Positions 1-7,871 of a stretch of 32,000 bases of DNA are shown here, piece by piece. The stretch is from the NCBI RefSeq assembly GCF_000981785.2, contig NZ_CP011304.1:1740001-1772000 (forward strand). Reading direction: 5' to 3'. The notes under the pieces are model-generated. The model worked only from the letters and a program-made list of their open reading frames with translations, did not search any database and had not been told where the DNA came from. The position numbers and the translations under genes are program-made. Position 1 is the stretch's first letter. Every line of letters begins with the position of its first letter. The DNA is from Microcystis aeruginosa NIES-2549 (GTDB lineage Bacteria > Cyanobacteriota > Cyanobacteriia > Cyanobacteriales > Microcystaceae).

Positions 1-217
1 CCAGGGCCAGTTTATTGGCTCGCTTTTGAGCCGCTGCGTCCCAGGGAACCCAAACAGAAGAGGATGCTTGTCCGGTGCTGTCCTCCTCCTCCGTTGTGTC
101 TGCGATCGCTAACCACGCCTGAAACTCAGGATCGTTTTCCAGTTCGTCATCGTCAATCCAGTCCTCTAGGGGGTTGAGAGGTTCATTGACATCTGAGGTT
201 GAGGTAGAGATAGACAT
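1..217 (-). CDS. Partial CDS (5' end only, runs off the left edge): acidic hypothetical protein
   Basis: Not in the supplied track because it is open-ended. Reverse-strand ATG at 217-215, then an uninterrupted frame to position 1 (MSISTSTSDVNEPLNPLEDWIDDDELENDPEFQAWLAIADTTEEEDSTGQ...). Same strand as the 330-aa ORF and 70 nt downstream of it. No family recognised. Confidence 0.35.
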   Translation of the reverse strand, partial: MSISTSTSDVNEPLNPLEDWIDDDELENDPEFQAWLAIADTTEEEDSTGQASSSVWVPWDAAAQKRANKLAL

Positions 218-246
218 AATTTTCTAGGAGGGAACGGGGGACATTA

Positions 247-277
247 GAAAAGGAGTTTATTCGAGAAACTCCTTTTC
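247..277 (-). terminator. 12-bp perfect-stem hairpin between the 330-aa ORF and the next ORF; possible intrinsic terminator or attenuator
   Basis: GAAAAGGAGTTT (247-258) / loop ATTCGAG / AAACTCCTTTTC (266-277) are exact complements. It starts 10 nt past the stop of ORF 288..1280. There is no clean U-tail beyond the stem. Confidence 0.35.
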
Positions 278-287
278 TGGGTTAACT

Positions 288-1280
288 TCAGTCTTCCGAG
301 AGAAGATCTTCTGCGGAAAAATGTTCTTGGAGCCAAGGACAACACTTGTCATTATAGAACCGGCGAATTGTGGTGTCGTCGCACCCCCACTGTTGTGCCA
401 TTTCCTCCCAAGGGACGGATTCTGGGGGTAAGAGATTTAAGATCACCAGTTGGGCGTTAATGTGCCTTAATGCTTTGCTTCGGGGCTGAATCTGTTGGAG
501 TTCTCTAGCACAGGGACCCTCCACTGCTTCTCTGATCTGCTCCCACCACGCTTGAGACGGCCTAGACCCAATGTTATCTAAAGGATCATTCGCCCTCAAG
601 CGTTGCTCTTGGGCTTTTCTGATAGCTACTCCCTCCAGGGCGCGATAGATGCGTATTTCTAGCCACCCTTTAACGGTACACTGTCCACTCTGTTGTCGGT
701 AATGGGGATTAAAGACAGAATCCTTACCTCTGGGGGTTGGTTGGCCTTTTAAGCTCAGGCCAAGATAGCGCCACACCTGGAATTGCGCTTGATTAATGTC
801 CTCTTGCTTAAGTTCCTGTTTATCTTTGGCACTAATCTTCCCTTTAATCCAGGGAGCGGAGATCCAGTTTTTGATTTTAGGATCTAACTTCCTGCCAATG
901 TCATCCTTAAGAGTATGCCAGAGGCGATCGAGTTGCTGCCAAGTTGGGTTATCCTTTGCCCGATAGTAAGGAGATTCAGGTATGACGCACTCATTGCCAC
1001 TGGGGTGACGGTTATCGAGGACAATCCGCACAAGAGCGCATAAGGGGAGGAGAATCTCTAGCGGTAGGCTGGTTAGCGCCCTTGGGGAGTTGAGAAATTG
1101 AATAATGTTATCTATAGATTCATAAAAGCGCTTTTCCGCTTGCAACCACTGCTCACTCCCTGAGGGGAGAAAGTTAGAGTCATTTTCTTCAAGGGGTTTG
1201 CCGGTTTCCGGCACAACATTACGGAGTCGTAGCCGCCAGTAGGTTGCCACCTTGACTAGGGGAATAAGCTCGTCGTTCAC
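288..1280 (-). CDS. Hypothetical protein (330 aa) with a possible C-terminal helix-turn-helix
   Basis: Long ORF with an ATG start, divergent from the methyltransferase gene. No catalytic motif recognised. The C-terminal stretch EEMAQQWGCDDTTIRRFYNDKCCPWL loosely resembles a sigma-70 region-4-type HTH (weak). Confidence 0.55.
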   Translation of the reverse strand: MNDELIPLVKVATYWRLRLRNVVPETGKPLEENDSNFLPSGSEQWLQAEKRFYESIDNIIQFLNSPRALTSLPLEILLPLCALVRIVLDNRHPSGNECVIPESPYYRAKDNPTWQQLDRLWHTLKDDIGRKLDPKIKNWISAPWIKGKISAKDKQELKQEDINQAQFQVWRYLGLSLKGQPTPRGKDSVFNPHYRQQSGQCTVKGWLEIRIYRALEGVAIRKAQEQRLRANDPLDNIGSRPSQAWWEQIREAVEGPCARELQQIQPRSKALRHINAQLVILNLLPPESVPWEEMAQQWGCDDTTIRRFYNDKCCPWLQEHFSAEDLLSED

Positions 1281-1394
1281 GGCATTGTCTTTTCCTTAAA
1301 ATTATTTTTTCCACAACTGCAAAAAAAGTCTAGTGGGTCTCATTAGTTAAGTAAGCGGACGAAAAGCCGCAATAACTTAACAAGGAGTTGACTG

Positions 1395-2345
1395 ATGGCA
1401 GCAACAATTCTAGCACCCTCGAAGCCGGATTTTTCCTCGATCGGAACTGAGCAAAAATCATTATTCGATCGGGTTATCAATCCCCAAGCCCTGTATAATC
1501 GTTTCGGATCTTCGTCTCAGGCATTGACCGCCCAGAATGAATTTAGTACTTCTGGACGGGGCGAAGATTATCTGGAAAGTATTCGGCTGTTTCCAGATGT
1601 TCGCTCTGAAGGAACCCTTGATTTATTGAGGCTGGCTCACCCCCAGGGTTCCCTCGAATTTGACGGTGACCATATTATCGCTGATCTTCTCGCTGGCGAT
1701 GGCTATATCGAAGAAACGTCGAAAAGGCATCTGTCTTCGGCACCCCTTTTCATTAATTCTGATAGTTCTCCCTTCATGGTGGAGAAGTGTCGTAAGAAGG
1801 GGATGTTCGCCATTTGTCAATTCGCTCAAGACGCTTTTTGGCTGAAAAATCAGTCAGTCGATGCCACAATTTTCGCTTATGGCACGCACCACATTGATCG
1901 GGTCTTTCGGAGTCAAGCAGCGAAAGAAGGAGCGCGGATTTTAAAATCTGGTGGACGTTGGGTCCTCCATGATTTTGAGGAAGATGGCCCGATGGCTCGC
2001 TTTTTTGGCGAGGTAGTCAATGAATACGGCAAGACGCGCCACGATTATCCGCATTTTACCCGTCAGGAGATGCTTAATCTTGCTCAAGATGCAGGGCTTT
2101 CTGATATTGCGATCGACTACATTGCTGACCCTTTTGTGGTGCAGGCTTCCTCTAAATTTGCCGCCAAGCGTTTGCTTTGCAACTACGTTATCAAGATGTA
2201 TGGACTGAGCGGTTTAGAGAATGAACTTGATTTCACTTTTCACCTGCTCGAACAGTATTTTAGCGTGAATTTGACTGAAAATCTGTCCGGCTATGAAGCT
2301 CGACTCATTCGCAACGCTTTAGTCTGTCACGGGACCAAACCTTAG
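1395..2345 (+). CDS. Class I SAM-dependent methyltransferase
   Basis: Motif-I-like DLLAGDGY, then INSDSS (acidic end of strand 2), DATIFAYGTHHI and ILKSGGRWVLHDF, which are typical of Rossmann-fold methyltransferases. RBS CAAGGAG lies upstream of ATG 1395. Confidence 0.75.
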   Translation: MAATILAPSKPDFSSIGTEQKSLFDRVINPQALYNRFGSSSQALTAQNEFSTSGRGEDYLESIRLFPDVRSEGTLDLLRLAHPQGSLEFDGDHIIADLLAGDGYIEETSKRHLSSAPLFINSDSSPFMVEKCRKKGMFAICQFAQDAFWLKNQSVDATIFAYGTHHIDRVFRSQAAKEGARILKSGGRWVLHDFEEDGPMARFFGEVVNEYGKTRHDYPHFTRQEMLNLAQDAGLSDIAIDYIADPFVVQASSKFAAKRLLCNYVIKMYGLSGLENELDFTFHLLEQYFSVNLTENLSGYEARLIRNALVCHGTKP

Positions 2346-2408
2346 TTGATTGATTCGCCCCCTGACCCATCTAGGGGGCTTCCTCACCCCCTGACCCTAG
2401 AAATATTT

Positions 2409-3575
2409 ATGACTGACAATCTGACTTTTAATCAAGCGCCAACTGTGCGCGATTCTTTGCCTTCGCCGAATCGGTCGGGAGTAAGGAAAGAAATGGAGGC
2501 TTTACCCAAAGTTCTTCAGCCATTTTTAACCTGGGTTGTCGGTGTCCCCGCTACCGATGAGACTCTACCTCAACCCAGACCGCGCCGCTATTTAGCCAAG
2601 GTTTGCGGTTTACTGTTGCTGGGGATTTCCCTCAGTTGTTGGGCTTTAGCCCTTCAAGGGTGGGGTTATCTATGGTTGATTGTCGGTTGGAGTCTCACTG
2701 TTTCCGCCTCTCGACAACTGCAAGTGGTCATCGTTCACCATTGCGCCCACTCTAATTTCACAGGCGATCGATTATTCGATCAATACCTTGGACGGTGGAT
2801 TTCCGCCTTAATGTTGATTCTCAGCTTCGATCAATATCGAATCCGCCATCGTAAACATCATCAAGATCCCTTGCTTGATGATGATGAGACAGTGGAAGCG
2901 CTTCGTCTTCGGGCGGGAATCCATCCTGGTTTGAGTCGAGAAGCGCTATGGCGACGGATGATCATGGGTTTGTTTTCTCCCCTCTTTCATGGCCGTTTCT
3001 GGATTGATCGAGTACGCTCAAGCCTATTTTCGAGCGATCGCGCCCATCAACTACGCAGTGGGTTAGTGGTCTTGGCCCAGTTAGGTTTGGTCGGGTTCGG
3101 TCAATGGTGGCTCGCCTACGGGGTGGCTTGGCTGTTCCCTGTGATCCTGTTGCATCAGATGAGTACCTTAATCCGCCAATGTTCAGAACACCTTCACCCC
3201 GCGCCCGAAGCAGATTTGAAAAAGGGCAAGCGTTATTATGCCCGGGCAACGGTGGGGATATTTTTGGGAGATCCTCTACCCAGGGCGGATCAACCCTTTG
3301 GCTCTAAATTCTGGCAATGGTGCGTTTGGTGGTTGAGGTTAGGGATGATCTATGTTCCGATTCGCTTGCTGATTCTAGTGGGGGATACCAGTTGCCACGA
3401 TTATCATCACCGTCACCCCGGTGTCGATCAGTGGCTCAATGCGGCGATCGCCCGACAACGGGATGTGGACGCGCATCATCCGGGCTGGCCAGTACCCTAT
3501 CAAGAAGTATATGGGCTATGGCGGGCGATCGATCTGTCGTTTACAAGTTTGAGCCTAATGTCAGTGCAAGAGTAA
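2409..3575 (+). CDS. Membrane fatty-acid desaturase family (di-iron, three His boxes) protein
   Basis: His boxes HHCAH, HRKHH and HDYHHRH plus several hydrophobic spans. The track ORF begins at TTG 2346, directly abutting the upstream stop. The first in-frame ATG is 2409 (MTDNLTF...), which is used here. Confidence 0.8.
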   Translation: MTDNLTFNQAPTVRDSLPSPNRSGVRKEMEALPKVLQPFLTWVVGVPATDETLPQPRPRRYLAKVCGLLLLGISLSCWALALQGWGYLWLIVGWSLTVSASRQLQVVIVHHCAHSNFTGDRLFDQYLGRWISALMLILSFDQYRIRHRKHHQDPLLDDDETVEALRLRAGIHPGLSREALWRRMIMGLFSPLFHGRFWIDRVRSSLFSSDRAHQLRSGLVVLAQLGLVGFGQWWLAYGVAWLFPVILLHQMSTLIRQCSEHLHPAPEADLKKGKRYYARATVGIFLGDPLPRADQPFGSKFWQWCVWWLRLGMIYVPIRLLILVGDTSCHDYHHRHPGVDQWLNAAIARQRDVDAHHPGWPVPYQEVYGLWRAIDLSFTSLSLMSVQE

Positions 3576-3615
3576 GCCATAGAACATTTGTATTAGTAAT
3601 TGAGGCAAGGAAACG

Positions 3616-3636
3616 GGCAACAGGCAACAGGCAAGA
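3616..3636. repeat. Heptamer tandem repeat GGCAACA/GGCAAGA x3
   Basis: ggcaaca ggcaaca ggcaaga read directly. It is the reverse-complement family of the CTTGCCT array at 17831-17858. Confidence 0.7.
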
Positions 3637-3735
3637 GTAAGGGTTTTCGCTTGTTTTTCCAACCATTTTTGACAATATCGAGTTTAAATCCACAACAGCT
3701 TACTTGTTATTTACTTTTGCCCGTTGCCTATCCCC

Positions 3736-3840
3736 AATTCATCATTCCCAATTCCCAATTCATAATTCATCATTCATAATTCATCATTCATAATTCATCA
3801 TTCATCATTCCCAATTCATCATTCATAATTCATAATTCCC
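3736..3840. repeat. 15-unit heptamer tandem array (AATTCAT / CATTCAT / MATTCCC)
   Basis: Fifteen consecutive 7-nt units counted from 3736 to 3840. The array ends exactly where the RBS-containing 12-mer CAAGGAGTTGAC of the next gene begins. Confidence 0.9.
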
Positions 3841-3855
3841 CAAGGAGTTGACATC

Positions 3856-4842
3856 ATGTTGTGTATAGTAGTTGAAAAATACGGACCCCCCGACCAGCTT
3901 CAATTGCAAATCCTGCCAACGCCGACGGTAGCGCCTGATCAAGTCTTGGTCAAGGTGAAGTATGCTGGGGTAAATTTTGTCGATATCTACGAACGCTCTG
4001 GGGTCTATTCTACGCCTCTGCCTTTGATTCCGGGAAAGGAGGGCGTTGGCGAGATTGTGGCCATGGGTTCTGGGGTCAAAGCCTTCCATATCGGGCAACG
4101 GGTAGGATTTCCATATATGGAACAGGGAGCTTATGGGGAATATATCGCCCTATGCGCCGATGGGTTAGTGTCGTTGCCAGAGTCTATCTCCGATGAAGTA
4201 GCGGCATCGGTTTTGTTGCAGGGACTGACTGCCTTGTTTCTCTCCCATGAGACCTTCCCTCTCAATCAACAACATACGGCGCTGATTCATGCCGCCGCTG
4301 GTGGAGTGGGTTTTCTGCTGGTTCAAATGGCAAAGTTGCGGGGAGCGAGGGTGATTGGTACTGTTTCTTCGGCAGCCAAGGCTCTGCTGGCGTTTCAGGC
4401 TGGTGCTGACAAGGTGATTCGATACGACCGCGAGAATTTTGTCGATGGGGTGATGGATTTCACTGCGGGTCAAGGGGTTGACGTGGTGTATGATTCGGTG
4501 GGTCTGAGAACCTTTGAAGATAGCTTAAAAGCCTTGAAAAATCGCGGTTTGCTGGTTGCTTGTGGGCAAGCGAGTGGAGAAGTGCCGCCGGTAGCCTTGA
4601 ATCGTCTGCTGGGGTGTCGCGCTTCTGAGCGAGGCTCTTTTTATTTGACTCGCCCGGTCATTCGCCATTATATTTCCGATCCCATGGCTTTGAACCAACA
4701 GGCATCTTTACTTTTTGACTATTTGAGCTTAGGAAAGATTCAGCCTCCCTGTTATCAAATCTATTCTTTAGAGCAAGCAAAAGAAGCCCATTACGCCTTA
4801 GAAAGTCGGCAGGTTACGGGGAAGTTACTGCTGAAGAGTTAA
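3856..4842 (+). CDS. qor: NADPH:quinone oxidoreductase (zeta-crystallin-like MDR family)
   Basis: 328 aa. Collinear resemblance to E. coli Qor, including GVNFVDIY, the nucleotide-binding stretch IHAAAGGVGFLLVQMAKLRGARVIGTVSS, and the C-terminal AHYALESRQVTGKLLL. Confidence 0.85.
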   Translation: MLCIVVEKYGPPDQLQLQILPTPTVAPDQVLVKVKYAGVNFVDIYERSGVYSTPLPLIPGKEGVGEIVAMGSGVKAFHIGQRVGFPYMEQGAYGEYIALCADGLVSLPESISDEVAASVLLQGLTALFLSHETFPLNQQHTALIHAAAGGVGFLLVQMAKLRGARVIGTVSSAAKALLAFQAGADKVIRYDRENFVDGVMDFTAGQGVDVVYDSVGLRTFEDSLKALKNRGLLVACGQASGEVPPVALNRLLGCRASERGSFYLTRPVIRHYISDPMALNQQASLLFDYLSLGKIQPPCYQIYSLEQAKEAHYALESRQVTGKLLLKS

Positions 4843-4931
4843 GCAATGTGATACTAAATCCCGTTGTGATCCCCCACTTTTGTGTATATTATTGACATTT
4901 GAGTTGTGGACAATTGAAAGCACAATAGGTG

Positions 4932-5033
4932 ATATATAGCGGTTCTCGCATCTGTGCGGCACACTTAAACCTTTGCTGATTAAGCTGTTCAGGATCGGGA
5001 ATGTACCTCTTGTGAATCAGAAACGCTATATAT
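4932..5033. mobile_element. MITE-like element: 15-bp imperfect terminal inverted repeats around a 72-bp core
   Basis: ATATATAGCGGTTCT (4932-4946) versus the reverse complement of AGAAACGCTATATAT (5019-5033) gives 14/15 matches. A third copy of the 14-mer CAGAAACGCTATAT occurs at 10737-10750. No ORF inside. Confidence 0.3.
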
Positions 5034-5073
5034 AGCCAACCTAGATGAGTTGTCAAAAGGCATCAAATCTTTT

Positions 5074-5122
5074 AGGGTGTAGGGTGTGGGGTGTAGGGTG
5101 TAGGGTGTAGGGTGTGGGGTGT
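5074..5122. repeat. Heptamer tandem array AGGGTGT/GGGGTGT x7
   Basis: Seven consecutive units read directly. The reverse-complement family (CCCACAC x5) is at 7821-7855. Confidence 0.9.
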
Positions 5123-5173
5123 CGGAAGAATAAATAGAAATAATCTCCTGTCTTCTGTCGACCGTCTCCTGTC

Positions 5174-5214
5174 TCCTGACGACCGACTCCTAACCCCACC
5201 AACAAACTTTTTGC
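5174..5214. repeat. 41-bp dispersed repeat, exact inverted copy of 31472-31512
   Basis: tcctgacgaccgactcctaaccccaccaacaaactttttgc equals the reverse complement of 31472-31512, checked base by base (41/41). The match breaks on both sides. It lies 7 nt beyond the stop of the TPR gene. Confidence 0.9.
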
Positions 5215-5221
5215 TATCAGC

Positions 5222-6103
5222 TTAATTTTCTTCCTGCACTTCTGGGGTTGGTTGTGGTAAACGAGCGATAAAATCTTTCATTTGGGGATGATTAAACATT
5301 TTCTCCGTATCTTGCAGAAGACGTTTACCCCAGAGATTTTCCTCTAAAAATTCCAGACTGACATAACGACTATCGCTAGTGAGAGCGGCCTGAGCTAATT
5401 TGATGCCCTCCTCAGTTTTCCCTTGACTATAAACAGCCACCGCAATAGCTAACTGAGGTTCCGGCTGTTTAGGATCGATTTTCAAAGCGGCCCGCCAATC
5501 TTTCAGAGCGGCTTCCTTGTCACCCTGTTCGTATTTAACTAAACCGATATTATTAATAGCCGGCCAAAAACTTTTATCTTGACTAACAGCTTTTTCGTAA
5601 GCTGCAATCGCCGCAGGATATTGTGCTAACTTGAGATAGGAATTACCGAGATCAAAAAGAGCAGGGGAGATATCGGGTTTCATTTGCAAACCCGCTTCAA
5701 TTTGGGCAATAGCAGACTTGTAATCTTGATTCTGAAAATAGGCGCTACCGAGGGAAAATTTAATATTAGCGTGGGCATCGGCGGGAGCAAGGGACAAAGA
5801 TTGATTTAATGCCTCGATGCCGGGTTGCACCTGATCGTCTTGCAGATATAAACTACCGAGAATAAACCAAGTTTGATAGAGATGGGGGGCTAACTGGACT
5901 GCTAACTTGGCCCTGGAAAGGGCTGCATCGGTACGACGAAAACGAGCCAATTGGATGGCATCCTCAGCGATTTCAATTCCCGCTTGTTCCATCTGTTCTA
6001 ACTCCGGTTCGATGGCGTAGGGGAGTAGTGCTTGGGAAAAAGCCGGCGGGCTGCCAGCGACGAAAAAAATGAGCAAAGAAATGATTAATCTAAGTTTTGG
6101 CAC
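5222..6103 (-). CDS. Secreted tetratricopeptide-repeat (TPR) protein
   Basis: N-terminal signal-like segment (KLRLIISLLIFFVAGSPPAFSQA), then repeated 34-aa TPR-like units (..A..Y.KA....P....A..NLG..Y..). GTG start at 6103. Confidence 0.8.
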   Translation of the reverse strand: MPKLRLIISLLIFFVAGSPPAFSQALLPYAIEPELEQMEQAGIEIAEDAIQLARFRRTDAALSRAKLAVQLAPHLYQTWFILGSLYLQDDQVQPGIEALNQSLSLAPADAHANIKFSLGSAYFQNQDYKSAIAQIEAGLQMKPDISPALFDLGNSYLKLAQYPAAIAAYEKAVSQDKSFWPAINNIGLVKYEQGDKEAALKDWRAALKIDPKQPEPQLAIAVAVYSQGKTEEGIKLAQAALTSDSRYVSLEFLEENLWGKRLLQDTEKMFNHPQMKDFIARLPQPTPEVQEEN

Positions 6104-6225
6104 AGTTTACCCCCGCGATAAGCCTTTTTAAATCAGTCTATCTCGCTTGGGAGTTGTTGGCGAAAGAAACAACAAAGGCAACTCTAGAGACGTTAGTATA
6201 TAACCAATTAACTTTTGGCTGATCG

Positions 6226-7710
6226 ATGGCAATAACCGTGTTGGGAAAATCAAATCGCCCCCTATTTTGGATATTCGGACTCATGGCTAGTGGTTTTCTG
6301 GCGGTGGGAGTGGTTTCTTATCGCTTACTGCAAACCCCTCCTCCTGCCCTAGAATTGGCGAAAATGACCGTTCCTGCTCAACGGGAAACCCTCGCTGTGG
6401 AAATTAAAGCTAGTGGTAGGGTGGAACCAATCCAAAGTGTCAACATTAGCCCGAAAAACCCCGGCCGATTAGTGCGATTATTGGTAGATCAGGGCATGAT
6501 CGTTAAAAAGGGACAAACCCTCGCCGTCATGGATAATTTAGAGGTGTATGCCCAGGGGATGCAGTCAGAAGCGCATCTGCGGGAAGCTCTAGCCAATCTG
6601 GAACAGGCTAAACGCAGCATTCCCGAAGATATCCGGCAATTACAGGCCCGATTTTATCAGGCCCAGGCCAGTTATAAGCAATTAGAAGCCCGTTTAGCTC
6701 AGGCCAAAGAAAGAATTCCTAAAGATTTAGACCAGCTGCAAGCTCAGGTACAAGCAGCCCAATCCCGTTTTCGACTAGCAGAAAATCGGGTTAAACGCAA
6801 TGAAAATTTAGTCCGGGAAGGGGCGATCGCTCAAGACCAATTTGATGCCGTCCTCAATGAATATCTCAACGCTAAAGCCAATTTAGACGAATCGATCCGT
6901 CGTTTGGAACAAGCGGATAAAACCGCTTCCCCAGAAGTGGCCGGAATTGAGCAGGAAATGATAGGAGCGGCAGCAGCGATCGCAGAAGCGAAATTTGCCC
7001 TCGAACAACGCCAAAAAACCCAAGAAACCGAGCTGGCTCGACTAGAATCATCTGTAGCGGCTGCTAGGGCTGATTTAGAGCAAATCAAGATTCAATACCG
7101 CGATACGGTCATTACTGCTCCCTTTGATGGCATCGTCACCCAAAAATACGCCACCGAGGGTTCTTTTGTCACTCCCACCACTTCGGCCTCCAGTACCGCT
7201 TCCGCCACTTCCACCTCGATTATCGCCTTGGCATCGGGATTGGAAGTGATTGCTAAAGTGCCGGAAGTAGATGTGGGTTTATTGCAGCGCGGCCAACCAG
7301 TGCGAATTGTCGCCGATGCTTTTCCTGAAGAAGTCTTTGAAGGTCGAGTTATTCTTGTGGCTCCTGAAGCAATTATCGAGGATAATGTCACCTCTTTTGA
7401 GGTCAGAATCGGTTTGGTGACGGGACGGGACAAACTCAGATCGAAAATGAATGTGGATGTAACTTTTGTCGGCCAGCAGTTAGATAATGCCCTCGTTGTG
7501 CCGACTGTCGCCATTGTCACCCGGGAAGGCAAGTCAGGGGTTTTAGTTCCCGATGCCGAAAATAAACCCAGTTTTAAACCCGTTTCGATCGGTTTGGTCT
7601 TGGACGATAAAACCCAAATTTTATCAGGTTTGGAAGCCGGAGAAAAGGTCTTTATCGATCTCCCCGAAGGGGCCGAAGATACCTCGAAAACTAATAAAAA
7701 ATCTCAATAA
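6226..7710 (+). CDS. HlyD/DevB-family membrane-fusion (periplasmic adaptor) protein of an ABC exporter
   Basis: N-terminal TM anchor, a long Q/A/E/L-rich coiled-coil, and lipoyl/beta-barrel segments (GQTLAVMD, TVITAPFDGIVT, GQPVRIVADAFP). Confidence 0.85.
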   Translation: MAITVLGKSNRPLFWIFGLMASGFLAVGVVSYRLLQTPPPALELAKMTVPAQRETLAVEIKASGRVEPIQSVNISPKNPGRLVRLLVDQGMIVKKGQTLAVMDNLEVYAQGMQSEAHLREALANLEQAKRSIPEDIRQLQARFYQAQASYKQLEARLAQAKERIPKDLDQLQAQVQAAQSRFRLAENRVKRNENLVREGAIAQDQFDAVLNEYLNAKANLDESIRRLEQADKTASPEVAGIEQEMIGAAAAIAEAKFALEQRQKTQETELARLESSVAAARADLEQIKIQYRDTVITAPFDGIVTQKYATEGSFVTPTTSASSTASATSTSIIALASGLEVIAKVPEVDVGLLQRGQPVRIVADAFPEEVFEGRVILVAPEAIIEDNVTSFEVRIGLVTGRDKLRSKMNVDVTFVGQQLDNALVVPTVAIVTREGKSGVLVPDAENKPSFKPVSIGLVLDDKTQILSGLEAGEKVFIDLPEGAEDTSKTNKKSQ

Positions 7711-7756
7711 TTTTTCTTAACAAATATCTCCAAATTGTCTTTTTTATGATCGGGTA

Positions 7757-7855
7757 GGATTCAGGAGTCAGGATTCAGGAGACAGGATTCAGGAGACAGG
7801 AGGTTATTTTATTTATTCTCCCCACACCCCACACCCCACACCCCACACCCCACAC
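7757..7855. repeat. Composite repeat: 3 x 14-nt GGATTCAGGAGNCA, a 22-nt spacer, then 5 x CCCACAC
   Basis: Read directly. It has the same architecture, in inverted orientation, as 5074-5214, and is related to 31472-31566. It fills the devB-like/devC-like spacer. Confidence 0.9.
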
Positions 7856-7871
7856 CCAACTGATAACTGAT

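Noticed and set aside
2346-2408. TTG 2346 as the start of the desaturase-like gene; likewise GTG 27608 for hppD and the 29390 start for the aspartic protease
   Set aside because: In each case an internal in-frame ATG (2409, 27677, 29330) gives an N-terminus more typical of the family, or a signal peptide. The extended versions read through repeat or intergenic-looking sequence. The true starts need experimental or comparative confirmation.
3736-3840. Whether the many short tandem arrays (also 5074-5122, 7821-7855, 17831-17928, 27550-27598, 31539-31566) could be CRISPR arrays
   Set aside because: The units are 7 nt (or 14 nt) and directly abutting, with no unique spacers. No cas genes are present. 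They are simple tandem repeats.
1623-4473. Short track ORFs nested in or antisense to the methyltransferase, desaturase-like and qor genes (1623..1829, 1660..1845, 2020..2208, 2962..3249, 3104..3307, 3317..3640, 3823..4098, 4165..4473)
   Set aside because: All overlap longer ORFs that have clear family motifs. They have no motifs of their own and have Arg/Ser/Pro-rich shadow-frame composition. 3823..4098 additionally runs through the heptamer array.
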